The notes below the pieces were generated by a model. It saw nothing but the letters and a program-made list of their open reading frames with translations, had not been told where the DNA came from and made no database searches. Of a DNA stretch of 64,000 bases, positions 50,453 to 60,006 are shown piece by piece. The stretch comes from a virus, in IMG/VR virus record IMGVR_UViG_3300013102_000002, positions 64,001 to 128,000 of that record. One strand, written 5' to 3'. Made by a program: the position numbers and the translations under genes. Each line of letters begins with the position of its first letter. The stretch's first letter is position 1.

Positions 50453-50716
50453 TTGAAATTAATCAACTATCTTTTAGAAACTGACAAAGAAATTGAAACA
50501 TATGAAATGGCTGCTAGTTTTCATGAGATGGAAGTTGAAGATTACATTAAAACTGGATATTGCCCTTCGGCATTTACTGTTTTTATAAATACAGTCTACA
50601 GTAAACCACTTGTTGCCGATAAAAAGCACAAAGATTCGTGTAAATATTCCAATCTAGAGGATCAAGATAAATGTAATGAATGTTGGAGCAGAAATATTCT
50701 TTTTGTTACTAAGTAA
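50453..50716 (+). CDS. Cys-containing hypothetical protein
   Basis: YCPS..C..CNECW. Confidence 0.6.
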   Translation: MKLINYLLETDKEIETYEMAASFHEMEVEDYIKTGYCPSAFTVFINTVYSKPLVADKKHKDSCKYSNLEDQDKCNECWSRNILFVTK

Positions 50717-50753
50717 AAATTAGAAAACATACATATGAAAGTGGGAAATAATA

Positions 50754-51041
50754 ATGGCAAACCTGTTACCAGAAGAAAAAGAAACAGTATGCACTACGGA
50801 TGAAGAGAGCAAGGTTTGGAAAATCTATTCCATGTCAAAACCGAAGATTACGAAAATGCTTAAAGCTGGGTTTGTTCCAGTAAAAGTTGACGAAGAGGGC
50901 GGTCACTTCTTTGAAGTAGAGGATAATCAAGTTTCATTCAGAGCAAAAAGTACACGAGTTGTGAGCCAAGAACAGAAAGATGCTGCTTCAGAACGGTTTA
51001 AACAAATGTGGAAAGATAAACTCAATCAAGAGGAGGTTTAA
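50754..51041 (+). CDS. Hypothetical protein
   Basis: EEKETVC..VSFR..SQEQKDAASERF, a common phage small-protein pattern. Confidence 0.7.
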   Translation: MANLLPEEKETVCTTDEESKVWKIYSMSKPKITKMLKAGFVPVKVDEEGGHFFEVEDNQVSFRAKSTRVVSQEQKDAASERFKQMWKDKLNQEEV

Positions 51042-51042
51042 T

Positions 51043-51411
51043 ATGGACGCTGAAACTAAAGTAAGAACCGATTCTCAACGGTTAAAGATTCTCAATCTGC
51101 TACGGTCTGCCGGAACAAGCGGCGTAACTATTGTGGATTTAGCCAAGATTGCCAAACGCTATAACGCACGTATTCAAGAAATGTACGTTGAAGGGTATGA
51201 GATCAAGGTCGAAGATTTGGGTGGAGGTTTGACTAAATACACACTGGTAAAAGAGCCTGAAACAAAGAAAAGTAAACCAGAGAAGGCATTAAATGTTCTG
51301 ATTGAAGGTATTAAGAATAAATATAATGGTAATTTGAGTGTTGAACAATTGATTGAAGAGTTGAATAATAACAATTTTACAGTGAGACGGAATATCGGAA
51401 CGTTTTGCTAA
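51043..51411 (+). CDS. Winged-HTH protein
   Basis: SQRLKILNLLRSAG..RYNARIQEMYVEGYEI. Confidence 0.7.
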   Translation: MDAETKVRTDSQRLKILNLLRSAGTSGVTIVDLAKIAKRYNARIQEMYVEGYEIKVEDLGGGLTKYTLVKEPETKKSKPEKALNVLIEGIKNKYNGNLSVEQLIEELNNNNFTVRRNIGTFC

Positions 51412-51428
51412 AATAAAGGAGAGATTAG

Positions 51429-51827
51429 ATGAAGAAAATAAAAGTTATCTGTAACAAATGCGGAAAATCAATCAAACGCTCTTATGATGAAGACTTTAAA
51501 ACAATCAATCTGGATTTTGGGTATGAGAGTAGTTTTGACGGAGAGACTTGGAGTTTCGATCTGTGCGATGATTGCTTAGAGGAGATGATTAAAACATTTA
51601 AATATCCTCCGTCTGGATTTAAAATTGATAATCATTTATTACTAGATGATGACATGCATCAGAGAGTGTTTGAAGACTGGAAGATAACTGGCGAATGGGA
51701 AGATTTAAAATATCATACATATGAACAGTTAGTAGATCTAAACGGTTATATGAGCGCAGGATACTTAAACACATATATCGAAAAGTATCACAAATTAATG
51801 CCCATGCTAGAAAATAATGATATTTAG
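51429..51827 (+). CDS. Zn-finger protein
   Basis: CNKCG..DLCDDC. Confidence 0.7.
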   Translation: MKKIKVICNKCGKSIKRSYDEDFKTINLDFGYESSFDGETWSFDLCDDCLEEMIKTFKYPPSGFKIDNHLLLDDDMHQRVFEDWKITGEWEDLKYHTYEQLVDLNGYMSAGYLNTYIEKYHKLMPMLENNDI

Positions 51828-52074
51828 TTTTGATCAAAGGAGAACTTATATGGGGAATGATCCAACCGTACTAGGAGCTGTCGATATAGTTAAGCTTGAA
51901 CTCGAAGAATTGGTTAGCAAGGGCGAAATAGCAAAAAGTTATTTAGATGAAGTTCTTTACGCTGAAAGAGATTACAAAAAAGGATTTAAAGACATTCCTG
52001 AAATGATCGAATTGATTAATGACATTGCTCTGTTTTGCAGGGGCACCAGAGAGGATGTTGATGATGATTTGTAA
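51817..52074 (+). CDS. Hypothetical protein
   Basis: AAGGAG RBS before ATG near 51850. Confidence 0.6.
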   Translation: MIFSFDQRRTYMGNDPTVLGAVDIVKLELEELVSKGEIAKSYLDEVLYAERDYKKGFKDIPEMIELINDIALFCRGTREDVDDDL

Positions 52075-52309
52075 TAATACACACTGTTTATGGAATGCTT
52101 ATGCAATGTGCTGTCACGAGAGCAAAGAAGGTTATGCAGCAGCAACACCTAATGAGTTGGATTGTTCATCATCACTACGTAAGGACTTTCAGGAGTCAAT
52201 GTATCAAATGATGGATGAAATTGATGAAATGATGATTAAGAGAAAGTTTATTGAGTTAGTTCAAATACATAAATTTGTAAGAGATCAAAGAAAAGTTGAT
52301 AAAGTCTAA
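52019..52309 (+). CDS. Cys-rich hypothetical protein
   Basis: CNNTHC..CC; true start probably near 52061. Confidence 0.6.
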   Translation: MTLLCFAGAPERMLMMICNNTHCLWNAYAMCCHESKEGYAAATPNELDCSSSLRKDFQESMYQMMDEIDEMMIKRKFIELVQIHKFVRDQRKVDKV

Positions 52310-52338
52310 ATTTCGTGAAGAAAGGATGACTATTAATA

Positions 52339-52620
52339 ATGAAATTTAAGCGCATCGCACAGACAGATATTGAAGCCACAACCGGAGACTTACTAATTAT
52401 TGAGTCAGAGGAAAGTGCTGAGTACTTTTTATTTTCTGAAAACAATAAACAGCCAGATGAAAAAGGCGTAGACGGAGTTGTTTTTACAGAGCTTAAGACT
52501 GGTATCTCATATGTAAAAATTATTCCAAGTTCATTGCCTATTAAAAAAGGAACACTTATTGATGATATTGGAATAATAAGAGAGGTTATTACTCAAGAAA
52601 AAATTGAAATATCGTTTTAA
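52339..52620 (+). CDS. Hypothetical protein, paralog of 50108..50419
   Basis: Sequence similarity to the 50108 ORF. Confidence 0.7.
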   Translation: MKFKRIAQTDIEATTGDLLIIESEESAEYFLFSENNKQPDEKGVDGVVFTELKTGISYVKIIPSSLPIKKGTLIDDIGIIREVITQEKIEISF

Positions 52621-52650
52621 AACAAATTCACTAAGAATGGGAGATAGTTA

Positions 52651-53718
52651 ATGTATAGCGAACCAGATTACTACGATTATGAACGTGAACCCTCAGAAAT
52701 TGAAAATGTGTTTTCAACTATGGTTGAAGCTGAAGTGACTAAGCGTACATCAAAGTATTTTGAAAAAATGAAACAGTTAGAAGACCAACACCTGACCGAT
52801 GTTAAAAAAGTGCTTGAAATCAAAAACGAGAGAGATGAGTTGAAAAAGACTCACAAACAAAGTGAATCATTCAGTGTATTTAAATCACAGATCAATGATA
52901 AAAATATTGAGAATGTAGTATCATTCTTGAATCTTAATGAAGTTAAAATTGATTTTAACGGAATGGATAGTGAGCGAATTCCATCATGGTTTAAATTGAT
53001 TGCAAAGTATTATCCAGATCGAGACAAAATCTTCTCATTATTGGATTTGTTTGAAATAAAATATCCTGATTGGGCAAAGTCATTTAAGATGCCGTTTGAT
53101 TATGGAGAGAAAGAACTGGATCTAATTTTCTTAAAACTTGGAAGGATGTATGTGTGTAATGGTTGCATATTTGATGGAAATATGGGGTTCTTCTATACTA
53201 ATTATTCTAGATATAAAGATATTAACATTTTATTTGATAAAGAATCTTCTGTTGGAATTCCGTGGAATCTATTCTTACAGAACAAACTTCTTACGACAGA
53301 AAAGTACTTTGATAAGATCATACAGGCATTTAAAGACAAAGAGAGACATTCTGTATATTTTTATAAGATTCAAGATTATCAAGAGTTGGTTCCAGAGCAA
53401 GCAGAAAGATTGTTTGATTTTCTACCGATGAATAATCTCTACGACATTCATAAAATGTTCATTGAGTTGAATACGGACATTATTAAAAAGAAACCAGAAT
53501 TAGCGAATACATATAAAGATAAGATGAGCGACAATCAGTACTCAAGTTTTTATTATTTGAACTTTCCTGTTGAAATGCAAAAAGACTTTATCAGAAATTA
53601 CAGGGGGATGGGGAGATATGAGTCTAAATTTGATCTTATAAAAAAGATGAACATCTCCAAGGAGGATAAACTAGTGTTTCTGCAAGAGATTAATGAACAA
53701 ATGTTAAGTAATAAATAA
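52651..53718 (+). CDS. Hypothetical protein
   Basis: 355-aa ORF, GGGAG RBS. Confidence 0.75.
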   Translation: MYSEPDYYDYEREPSEIENVFSTMVEAEVTKRTSKYFEKMKQLEDQHLTDVKKVLEIKNERDELKKTHKQSESFSVFKSQINDKNIENVVSFLNLNEVKIDFNGMDSERIPSWFKLIAKYYPDRDKIFSLLDLFEIKYPDWAKSFKMPFDYGEKELDLIFLKLGRMYVCNGCIFDGNMGFFYTNYSRYKDINILFDKESSVGIPWNLFLQNKLLTTEKYFDKIIQAFKDKERHSVYFYKIQDYQELVPEQAERLFDFLPMNNLYDIHKMFIELNTDIIKKKPELANTYKDKMSDNQYSSFYYLNFPVEMQKDFIRNYRGMGRYESKFDLIKKMNISKEDKLVFLQEINEQMLSNK

Positions 53719-53776
53719 ACTTCATAAATGATAGGTTTTATTATAACAAAAATACATATAAAAGGAGAAATAATTA

Positions 53777-54445
53777 ATGGAAGCATATGAATATCAAAAC
53801 GAAGTAAATGAACTAATTGAGGATCAAGACGAACTATCTTATATTATCCAGGATGAGACATGGAAGGTACTAGACCTAGCAACTGCTGTATGGGTAGATG
53901 AGAAAATCCATGAACGAGAAGTCAAGATTGCAGAAGTTGAAAAAGTTGCAGATGATAATATTACTGCACTGGAAGCGAAGATCGAGAAACTGAAGGCGTG
54001 GAAAGATGCTTCTACAAAGGTAGATAAGGATCGAATTACATTCTTCAAAGAACATCTACATATTTGGCATAGTAAATTGATTGATTGCGAAAAGCAAATA
54101 AATGAAGAGTTGATTGCTAAAGGTAAAAAAGAGAAGAAACTGAGCCTCACTGTCAAATTGCCGTATCGTAATTTGACTTGTCGTAATCAGAGTCCAGAAA
54201 TTATTATCAATGGCAAAGACACTTTGAACGCCAAAAAAGATGAAACGTTTGTTAAATACGTAAAAGAGAACAGTCCACAATACATTAAAACAACCGAAGA
54301 AGTTAAGTGGTCAGAATATAAAGACAGCCTCAATACAAGTGTGATCGATGGTGAGTTAATGTATGTAGATGAAAACGGCAGTCCAATTGAATTTATTAAA
54401 CTTCAACAACGTGGAGAAAAGTATGATTGGAAACTGACTGAATAA
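53777..54445 (+). CDS. Mu Gam-like host-nuclease inhibitor
   Basis: WKVLDLATAVWV, coiled coil, TVKLPY..RNQSPE, YIKTTEEVKWSEYK. Confidence 0.75.
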   Translation: MEAYEYQNEVNELIEDQDELSYIIQDETWKVLDLATAVWVDEKIHEREVKIAEVEKVADDNITALEAKIEKLKAWKDASTKVDKDRITFFKEHLHIWHSKLIDCEKQINEELIAKGKKEKKLSLTVKLPYRNLTCRNQSPEIIINGKDTLNAKKDETFVKYVKENSPQYIKTTEEVKWSEYKDSLNTSVIDGELMYVDENGSPIEFIKLQQRGEKYDWKLTE

Positions 54446-54543
54446 TTTAATGAATAAAAATATGTACATAACAAAAACAACGTGGTATAATGACATTAGA
54501 TAAGTCGTTATACCACGTTTTATTGTGAGGAGGGAAAATACAT

Positions 54544-54774
54544 ATGCGTAAACTTGGCGAAGATTTTGAAAAGTTAATGGAGGAAGCCAAAGAGATACCT
54601 GGAGTTAAAGAACGGTCGGAGAAACCGTTTCGTAAAAGCCGCGAAGAGATCCTTGAACTGGCAGACAAGTGGGGAATTGAATACGAATTGAATTCTGATA
54701 ATCCTGGATTCTTTGTTGAAGATAAAGACGGTGTAGTAAGGAAAGTGAGTATTGAAGATATATTGTTTTTATAA
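54544..54774 (+). CDS. Hypothetical protein
   Basis: Own promoter, GAGGAGG RBS. Confidence 0.65.
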   Translation: MRKLGEDFEKLMEEAKEIPGVKERSEKPFRKSREEILELADKWGIEYELNSDNPGFFVEDKDGVVRKVSIEDILFL

Positions 54775-56088
54775 AAAAACCTTGAAAGGGAGGTGATATA
54801 ATAAATGTATAAATCAATCTACATTCCAGTAAAAGCAAATAAAGCAGATATAGTTTATCTTTTTCAAACCAGAAGATTATCTGCCGAAGTATGGAATTTA
54901 TGTGTCCAACTTGACAAATCAAATAGAAAAGAAACTGGAAAGTCTCTTACAATGTCAGAAATTCAAAAGTTAACAAAGAAATGTGTGGGGCTACATGCCA
55001 AAGGTATACATCATGTATCTCACAAATACCTATTTGCAAGAGACGCAATGTTTCGGTCTAGGGAGTCAGGTGTGGAAAGAGTCAGATTACCATATAAAAA
55101 TAAGCGATATTTCAATACTGGCTGGGACTACCAAAGTATAAAAATTGACTATGACAAGGGAATCATTTTTCTTGCTCGACAAAGTAGTATTGTTGACGGA
55201 AAAGTAAAAAGAAACCCCCGTGTAAAATGTTATGCAAGAACTATTCCAAAAAATATTGTAGAGATTGAATTAACGCACAAGGGGAAGTTGATGCTTTGTA
55301 TTAAGTACAAAGAAGAAGATTATCTCGAAGTTAAACGTGAGAATGAGGCATCTATTGATCTTGGTGAAATTCACGCAATAACATCTATGTGCAACAATAA
55401 GAACGGAGTTATAATTACTGGTCGAAAAATCCGAGAAATAAAACATCTAAGAAATAATAATTTATCCGTACTGCGTTCCAAAAGAAGCAAATGCACAAAG
55501 GGTAGTAGGCAGTATAGAAAATACTCTAGGGCAATTGCAAAATTACAGGTAAAAACAGATACCAGAGTAAATGACTGTGTTCACAAAGTTTCTAAACAAT
55601 ATCTTGATTTTTGTCTAACAAACAATATAGGCAAGGTTTATTATGGAGATCTTGATTCTGCCACACGCTCCACGAAGCAGAATAATAAAGGGAATAATCA
55701 CGTTAGACAGAAATTGAGTCAATGGAATTACGGTGAACTAATGCGGCAAGTAGAAAATAAACTAACTCGTCACGGAATCAAACTAGAAAAGGTCAAAGAA
55801 TATTATACCTCACAGAAGTGTCCACAATGTAAAACTCTGAATAAAGTTCATAACCGCGAATACAAATGTTCATGCGGATACAAGCAACACAGAGACATTG
55901 TAGGAGCAATAAATATACTTAATGACAATGGTGGATACTCAATAGTGAGATATGAAACAAAATTGTATCTGCAAATTGCTTAGAGCATGAGCAGTAAATG
56001 TGGACGTAAGCCACCACTTGAACATGAGTGTAGCCTATGGATTACGCATAGGAAATTGATTCTAGTGTTTCACTAGATGAAACCTTAC
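54773..56088 (+). mobile_element. Non-autonomous IS200/IS605-family (IS1341-type) tnpB-only element; ends inferred
   Basis: Preceded by TTTAT (putative TAM), ends in subterminal hairpin TCTAGTG-TTT-CACTAGA..TTAC; removing it restores a consensus junction palindrome; no tnpA. Confidence 0.6.
54805..55983 (+). CDS. tnpB: TnpB RNA-guided endonuclease with rearranged RuvC-II glutamate
   Basis: ASIDLGE (RuvC-I), YYGDL (Gly at the canonical Glu), KVKEYYTSQKCPQC, CSCG..HRDIVGAINI. Confidence 0.92.
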   Translation: MYKSIYIPVKANKADIVYLFQTRRLSAEVWNLCVQLDKSNRKETGKSLTMSEIQKLTKKCVGLHAKGIHHVSHKYLFARDAMFRSRESGVERVRLPYKNKRYFNTGWDYQSIKIDYDKGIIFLARQSSIVDGKVKRNPRVKCYARTIPKNIVEIELTHKGKLMLCIKYKEEDYLEVKRENEASIDLGEIHAITSMCNNKNGVIITGRKIREIKHLRNNNLSVLRSKRSKCTKGSRQYRKYSRAIAKLQVKTDTRVNDCVHKVSKQYLDFCLTNNIGKVYYGDLDSATRSTKQNNKGNNHVRQKLSQWNYGELMRQVENKLTRHGIKLEKVKEYYTSQKCPQCKTLNKVHNREYKCSCGYKQHRDIVGAINILNDNGGYSIVRYETKLYLQIA

Positions 56089-56105
56089 GAAAGGCACGTT
56101 TTATC
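55984..56105 (+). ncRNA. Putative omegaRNA 3' scaffold plus guide
   Basis: Successive hairpins GTGG..CCAC, CACTTG..TGAGTG, CCTATG..CATAGG, TCTAGTG..CACTAGA right after tnpB; guide would begin near 56089. Confidence 0.6.
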
Positions 56106-56127
56106 AAAACTTTAAGGAGGTAGTAAC

Positions 56128-56679
56128 ATGGATTATTTAGAAAATTTAAACATGCAATCTGAAATAAGTTCATTAAAAAGAAAATTAGAAGAATCGGAAG
56201 AACCGTCTTCTTCAACTCATGGAGCGATAATCTATGGTGAGATTAGAAGAAAAATCTATTACGGAGCGCATATATATAGCAGAGAAGGATCAATCACTAA
56301 AGTTGTTGATATGTCTATTTGCGAAGGAAGCGAGTTTGTTGAGTATAAAGAAATCTTCAGGGGAGACATTAGAAATCCAAGCCTTTCTGGAACAATAAAA
56401 TTAAATATTGAGGACGAGAAAACAGCATACATAAAAGATAAAGTAAGAGATATCAAAGGAAATTTTCTATACTATACCAATTATATTATTGAGACAGTCG
56501 AAGATGAAAAAACTACTAAGTCTTTTGAAAAATTCAACAATGAAAAAGATGAATTGTGCAGAAGAGCGAATGAGCGTCTAAGAAACGGATTTGAGGACTT
56601 TATTACTGATGAGGTAGTTACTAAAGAAAATTTTTGGAAACGATTGGTGAACATAATATTTAATGGGAAAGGAAGGTAG
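56128..56679 (+). CDS. Hypothetical protein
   Basis: AAGGAGG RBS. Confidence 0.7.
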   Translation: MDYLENLNMQSEISSLKRKLEESEEPSSSTHGAIIYGEIRRKIYYGAHIYSREGSITKVVDMSICEGSEFVEYKEIFRGDIRNPSLSGTIKLNIEDEKTAYIKDKVRDIKGNFLYYTNYIIETVEDEKTTKSFEKFNNEKDELCRRANERLRNGFEDFITDEVVTKENFWKRLVNIIFNGKGR

Positions 56680-56681
56680 GC

Positions 56682-56891
56682 ATGATTCCAACGTATACAA
56701 AAATCAAAGAAATGATTGAAGATGAGCGCCGTTCAATGCAAGAGAAGTACGGACACTATTGTAATTACGCACGAACACAAGGATATGAGCCAGTTACATA
56801 TACAGCGTTTAAAGAGTCAAGAAAATATTTTGAAGGTGGAATTAAGAAGTTGACTCATATTATTCATGGAGGGATTAAGAATGAAAATTAG
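56682..56891 (+). CDS. Hypothetical protein
   Basis: RBS, operon-coupled. Confidence 0.6.
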   Translation: MIPTYTKIKEMIEDERRSMQEKYGHYCNYARTQGYEPVTYTAFKESRKYFEGGIKKLTHIIHGGIKNEN

Positions 56892-57255
56892 TGATTTTAG
56901 TGTTCCTTGCGAAATTATTCAATTTAATTTGACAAATAAATATATTGAATTAAAGACAGAATATGAATCATTATGGTGCGAGTTGAACGAACTGATGAAG
57001 AGTCAATCAAAGTTATATGACCAAATCAAGGACACGGTAAGTCCGTTAGACAGATATGGTCATCGTTATGCTTATACATATGAAGATTTCAAAAAGCGCA
57101 AAGCGTGGCGTGATGTATTAGTGCTACAGGATGTAATTAATCAAGCCGTTGAAAATGAAGCTATGGTTCAGGAGATCAATATGAAGTATATTGGAGTTGG
57201 TGAAAAAATAAAAAACATTTATAAGAAGTGCGGACTAAATCCTAAATGGGTTTAA
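56866..57255 (+). CDS. Hypothetical protein
   Basis: GGAGGG RBS before ATG 56881. Confidence 0.65.
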   Translation: MEGLRMKISDFSVPCEIIQFNLTNKYIELKTEYESLWCELNELMKSQSKLYDQIKDTVSPLDRYGHRYAYTYEDFKKRKAWRDVLVLQDVINQAVENEAMVQEINMKYIGVGEKIKNIYKKCGLNPKWV

Positions 57256-57262
57256 AAGGAGA

Positions 57263-57718
57263 ATGTTTATGATTAAAATTATTGAAGGAAATTTACTTGA
57301 AGCATCTGAAGATATTATTGGGCATCAGGTGAATTGTCAAGCAGTAATGGGATCTGGTATCGCCAAATCTCTCAGAGATAAATACTCTAATTTATACCCA
57401 TCCTATAAACAATTTTGCCAAAATCATAATCCACATGATTTGCTTGGCAAGTGCCATATCATTAAAACAGGGGAAAAATATACTGCCAACATATTTGGGC
57501 AGTTGAATTATGGCAGACAGAAAGTTAGATATACTGATTATGATGCTTTGAGGGAAGGTTTAATATCTCTTAAAGTTAGAGCAGTAAAACATAATTTAAG
57601 CGTTGCTCTTCCCTGGATGATTGGATGCGGATTGGCTAATGGAAGTTGGGATGTAGTTTATAAGATAATTGATGAGGTATTTGAGGATTGTGAAGTTACG
57701 TTATATAAACTGAATTGA
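57263..57718 (+). CDS. Macro domain ADP-ribose hydrolase (Poa1/DarG-like)
   Basis: IIEGNLL..IGHQVNCQAVMGSGIA..ALPWMIGCGLANGSW. Confidence 0.9.
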   Translation: MFMIKIIEGNLLEASEDIIGHQVNCQAVMGSGIAKSLRDKYSNLYPSYKQFCQNHNPHDLLGKCHIIKTGEKYTANIFGQLNYGRQKVRYTDYDALREGLISLKVRAVKHNLSVALPWMIGCGLANGSWDVVYKIIDEVFEDCEVTLYKLN

Positions 57719-57734
57719 GGAGATGGATTAAAAG

Positions 57735-57923
57735 ATGAAAATAATTAAAACTGACAACTTTGACAGAGATTATGTAAGTGACAAATTAGTTTGTGAGAAC
57801 GTGAATCAGTATTATGGAAAACATATTGTTGATTTTTTGAACAATAAATTTTCCGGTGATAACAGTTCTGATTTCTATAAATTGGTCGAAGACGGTCAAG
57901 AATTATATGTGTGGGAGCCATAA
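57735..57923 (+). CDS. Hypothetical protein
   Basis: GAGGAG RBS. Confidence 0.65.
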   Translation: MKIIKTDNFDRDYVSDKLVCENVNQYYGKHIVDFLNNKFSGDNSSDFYKLVEDGQELYVWEP

Positions 57924-57924
57924 A

Positions 57925-58149
57925 ATGTATAAAAAATGGATAATCAGAGAGGGCAAAAAGTACCTCATTTCTATTGAAGAAGAAACCGTTATGGTTAGAA
58001 TTGGCGATTTCATCAAATTTAACATTGTTACAATTAAGAAAACTAGGATGTTATTTGGTTGGAAAATAATTTACAAGAATAAACATAAAGAGTCTACACT
58101 AACATTGAGCGAATTGGCTGAATTATCAATCGAGGATTGTTTTAAATGA
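57925..58149 (+). CDS. Hypothetical protein
   Basis: GGGAG RBS; ends at palindrome 58154. Confidence 0.55.
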   Translation: MYKKWIIREGKKYLISIEEETVMVRIGDFIKFNIVTIKKTRMLFGWKIIYKNKHKESTLTLSELAELSIEDCFK

Positions 58150-58202
58150 CACGATGAAATGCGTGTTTTATTAATAAATAAAAATATATAGGAGATGAAA
58201 TT

Positions 58203-58436
58203 ATGGATAACGAACAAAAAGAACTACTTTTGAAGGAGAAAGAAGAATACAACTATGAATGTTTTGACTCGATGATGACTTCACTTTTTGATTTGGCAAG
58301 TGAATTACATGACAAATTAGAAGAAAACAAAGAACTGACCAGTGCAGAAGTAGAGTTTTTGTTGAGTTTTGATCTATATGTTGATTCGGCATGTGAACTC
58401 AGTGATTCAGAGGAGGAATTGAAAAATGTTCAGTAA
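58203..58436 (+). CDS. Highly acidic small protein (possible nucleic-acid mimic)
   Basis: Very rich in Glu and Asp. Confidence 0.6.
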   Translation: MDNEQKELLLKEKEEYNYECFDSMMTSLFDLASELHDKLEENKELTSAEVEFLLSFDLYVDSACELSDSEEELKNVQ

Positions 58437-58647
58437 CGAAATTATTGTAAAAGGGAATTATGTATCTGGGACAATTAAGAAGAATGACGGCAATAAAGAT
58501 ACATCAAATCATCCATACATACTGCATAGCGGGTTAAATTTTGGTGGACGTGGAGGAACAACTTGGACTGCCGATAAAATGAGAGAAATTATAGTTGAAC
58601 TAGAAAATGTGATTATTGAAATGGATAAACAGAACGGAGTGAAGTAA
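58426..58647 (+). CDS. Hypothetical protein
   Basis: GAGGAGG RBS. Confidence 0.6.
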   Translation: MFSNEIIVKGNYVSGTIKKNDGNKDTSNHPYILHSGLNFGGRGGTTWTADKMREIIVELENVIIEMDKQNGVK

Positions 58648-58994
58648 TGACACAGGAAGAATTCGATAAAAAGTGTAAGGAGCCAGTTGATCTTGATAAA
58701 GTACATGAGGCATTGAAACGATTCATCGATAAACGAGGAAGAATGAGTGTTCCAGTTAATCCAGATGATGACGATATGTTAATTTGTAGATTGATGATTG
58801 AAGTCGAGAAGCATAGAAAGATAGAGAAATCAAAGGAAGAAGTTTATGTGGTCCAGGGGAGAAGTGGAATTGTATTTTCTGCCACAAATAATTATGAGGA
58901 GGCTTTGAGGGTTAAGGATGGCTTGAACGAGATCGAAAGCGATAGAGGAAGAATGAATCACTGGGAAAACAATAAATGTGTTTTGCAGGATTGA
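58647..58994 (+). CDS. Hypothetical protein
   Basis: TAATG coupling with the upstream gene. Confidence 0.6.
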   Translation: MTQEEFDKKCKEPVDLDKVHEALKRFIDKRGRMSVPVNPDDDDMLICRLMIEVEKHRKIEKSKEEVYVVQGRSGIVFSATNNYEEALRVKDGLNEIESDRGRMNHWENNKCVLQD

Positions 58995-59289
58995 TATAAA
59001 AAACAAGATCAAATACATATTTAAACAAAAACAAGGAGTGGTTGTTTTGGAAACTAGATGGAGTTTTTATGGAGAAAATGTAAAAGAGAAACTAGTTCCG
59101 AGTTTAGAAAGATACGGATTAAAATATGTAGAGCCTGATGGAAAGAATCGAGAATTTTATAATTTGGATCTGATTAGTTATAAGCAATACGAAGATTTAG
59201 AAACATTAGCTGAGACACTCGACTTAGTATTGCGCATCAGACACGGAGCAGAATGGTTGGCATGTTTATATTATGATCTGAGCAAATGA
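58978..59289 (+). CDS. Hypothetical protein
   Basis: AAGGAG RBS inside the ORF; true start likely near 59047. Confidence 0.55.
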   Translation: MFCRIDIKNKIKYIFKQKQGVVVLETRWSFYGENVKEKLVPSLERYGLKYVEPDGKNREFYNLDLISYKQYEDLETLAETLDLVLRIRHGAEWLACLYYDLSK

Positions 59290-59512
59290 ACATTTCATAA
59301 TGAAAGGAAAGAATGATGAGGTGTATAACATGAGAGTTCCTGCCGAATCTTTAAAGAAGTCTCTTGAAGACATGAAACAAATTCGTCAAGGCAAACAACC
59401 TAGAAAAACGTGGGATGATTATTTAAAGGAACAAAAGGAAAATATGAAATCATCTGACACATTAATGAAGGGAATATGAGTAAAAAAAATACATAAAATC
59501 AAAGGAGAAAAA

Positions 59513-59815
59513 ATGAAGGAACATCTCTTAAATGATATTGAAGCTATGGTTCTAGCGGCAAAGGGAGGACTTTGGACTGCCGAGTATGAGATGAAAGAAA
59601 GAGCATCGGTAATTATTCCAGAATTGTTGGATGCTTTAAAGTATGAAATGGGTAAAGATAAAGATACTTATTGGAGTAAAGAGAGTAGATACCAAGACAA
59701 GGTTTCAAAAGTATTTGCACAAGCAGATGAAATTAGAGAACTAAGGACCACCGTAGAAGAATTGCAACATCGACTAGATCGGATAATTAATGCTTCAGGT
59801 ATTAATTACATGTAG
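59513..59815 (+). CDS. Hypothetical protein
   Basis: AAGGAG RBS. Confidence 0.65.
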   Translation: MKEHLLNDIEAMVLAAKGGLWTAEYEMKERASVIIPELLDALKYEMGKDKDTYWSKESRYQDKVSKVFAQADEIRELRTTVEELQHRLDRIINASGINYM

Positions 59816-60006
59816 AAGAGGAGTTTTAAATTGAGTTGGTATTTAGTAATTGACCGTGAGGACGTAGTGATGGTTATAGAAAATGAACCGCAGATAAGTG
59901 AAGTCATCACAGATCAGGAAATAGGGAAAGTGTACACCGTATATGAGAAGTCAAAAGAAAGCAGGGTTGTTTTTGTGACCGAATACTTTAGAGAGGATGA
60001 AGAAAA

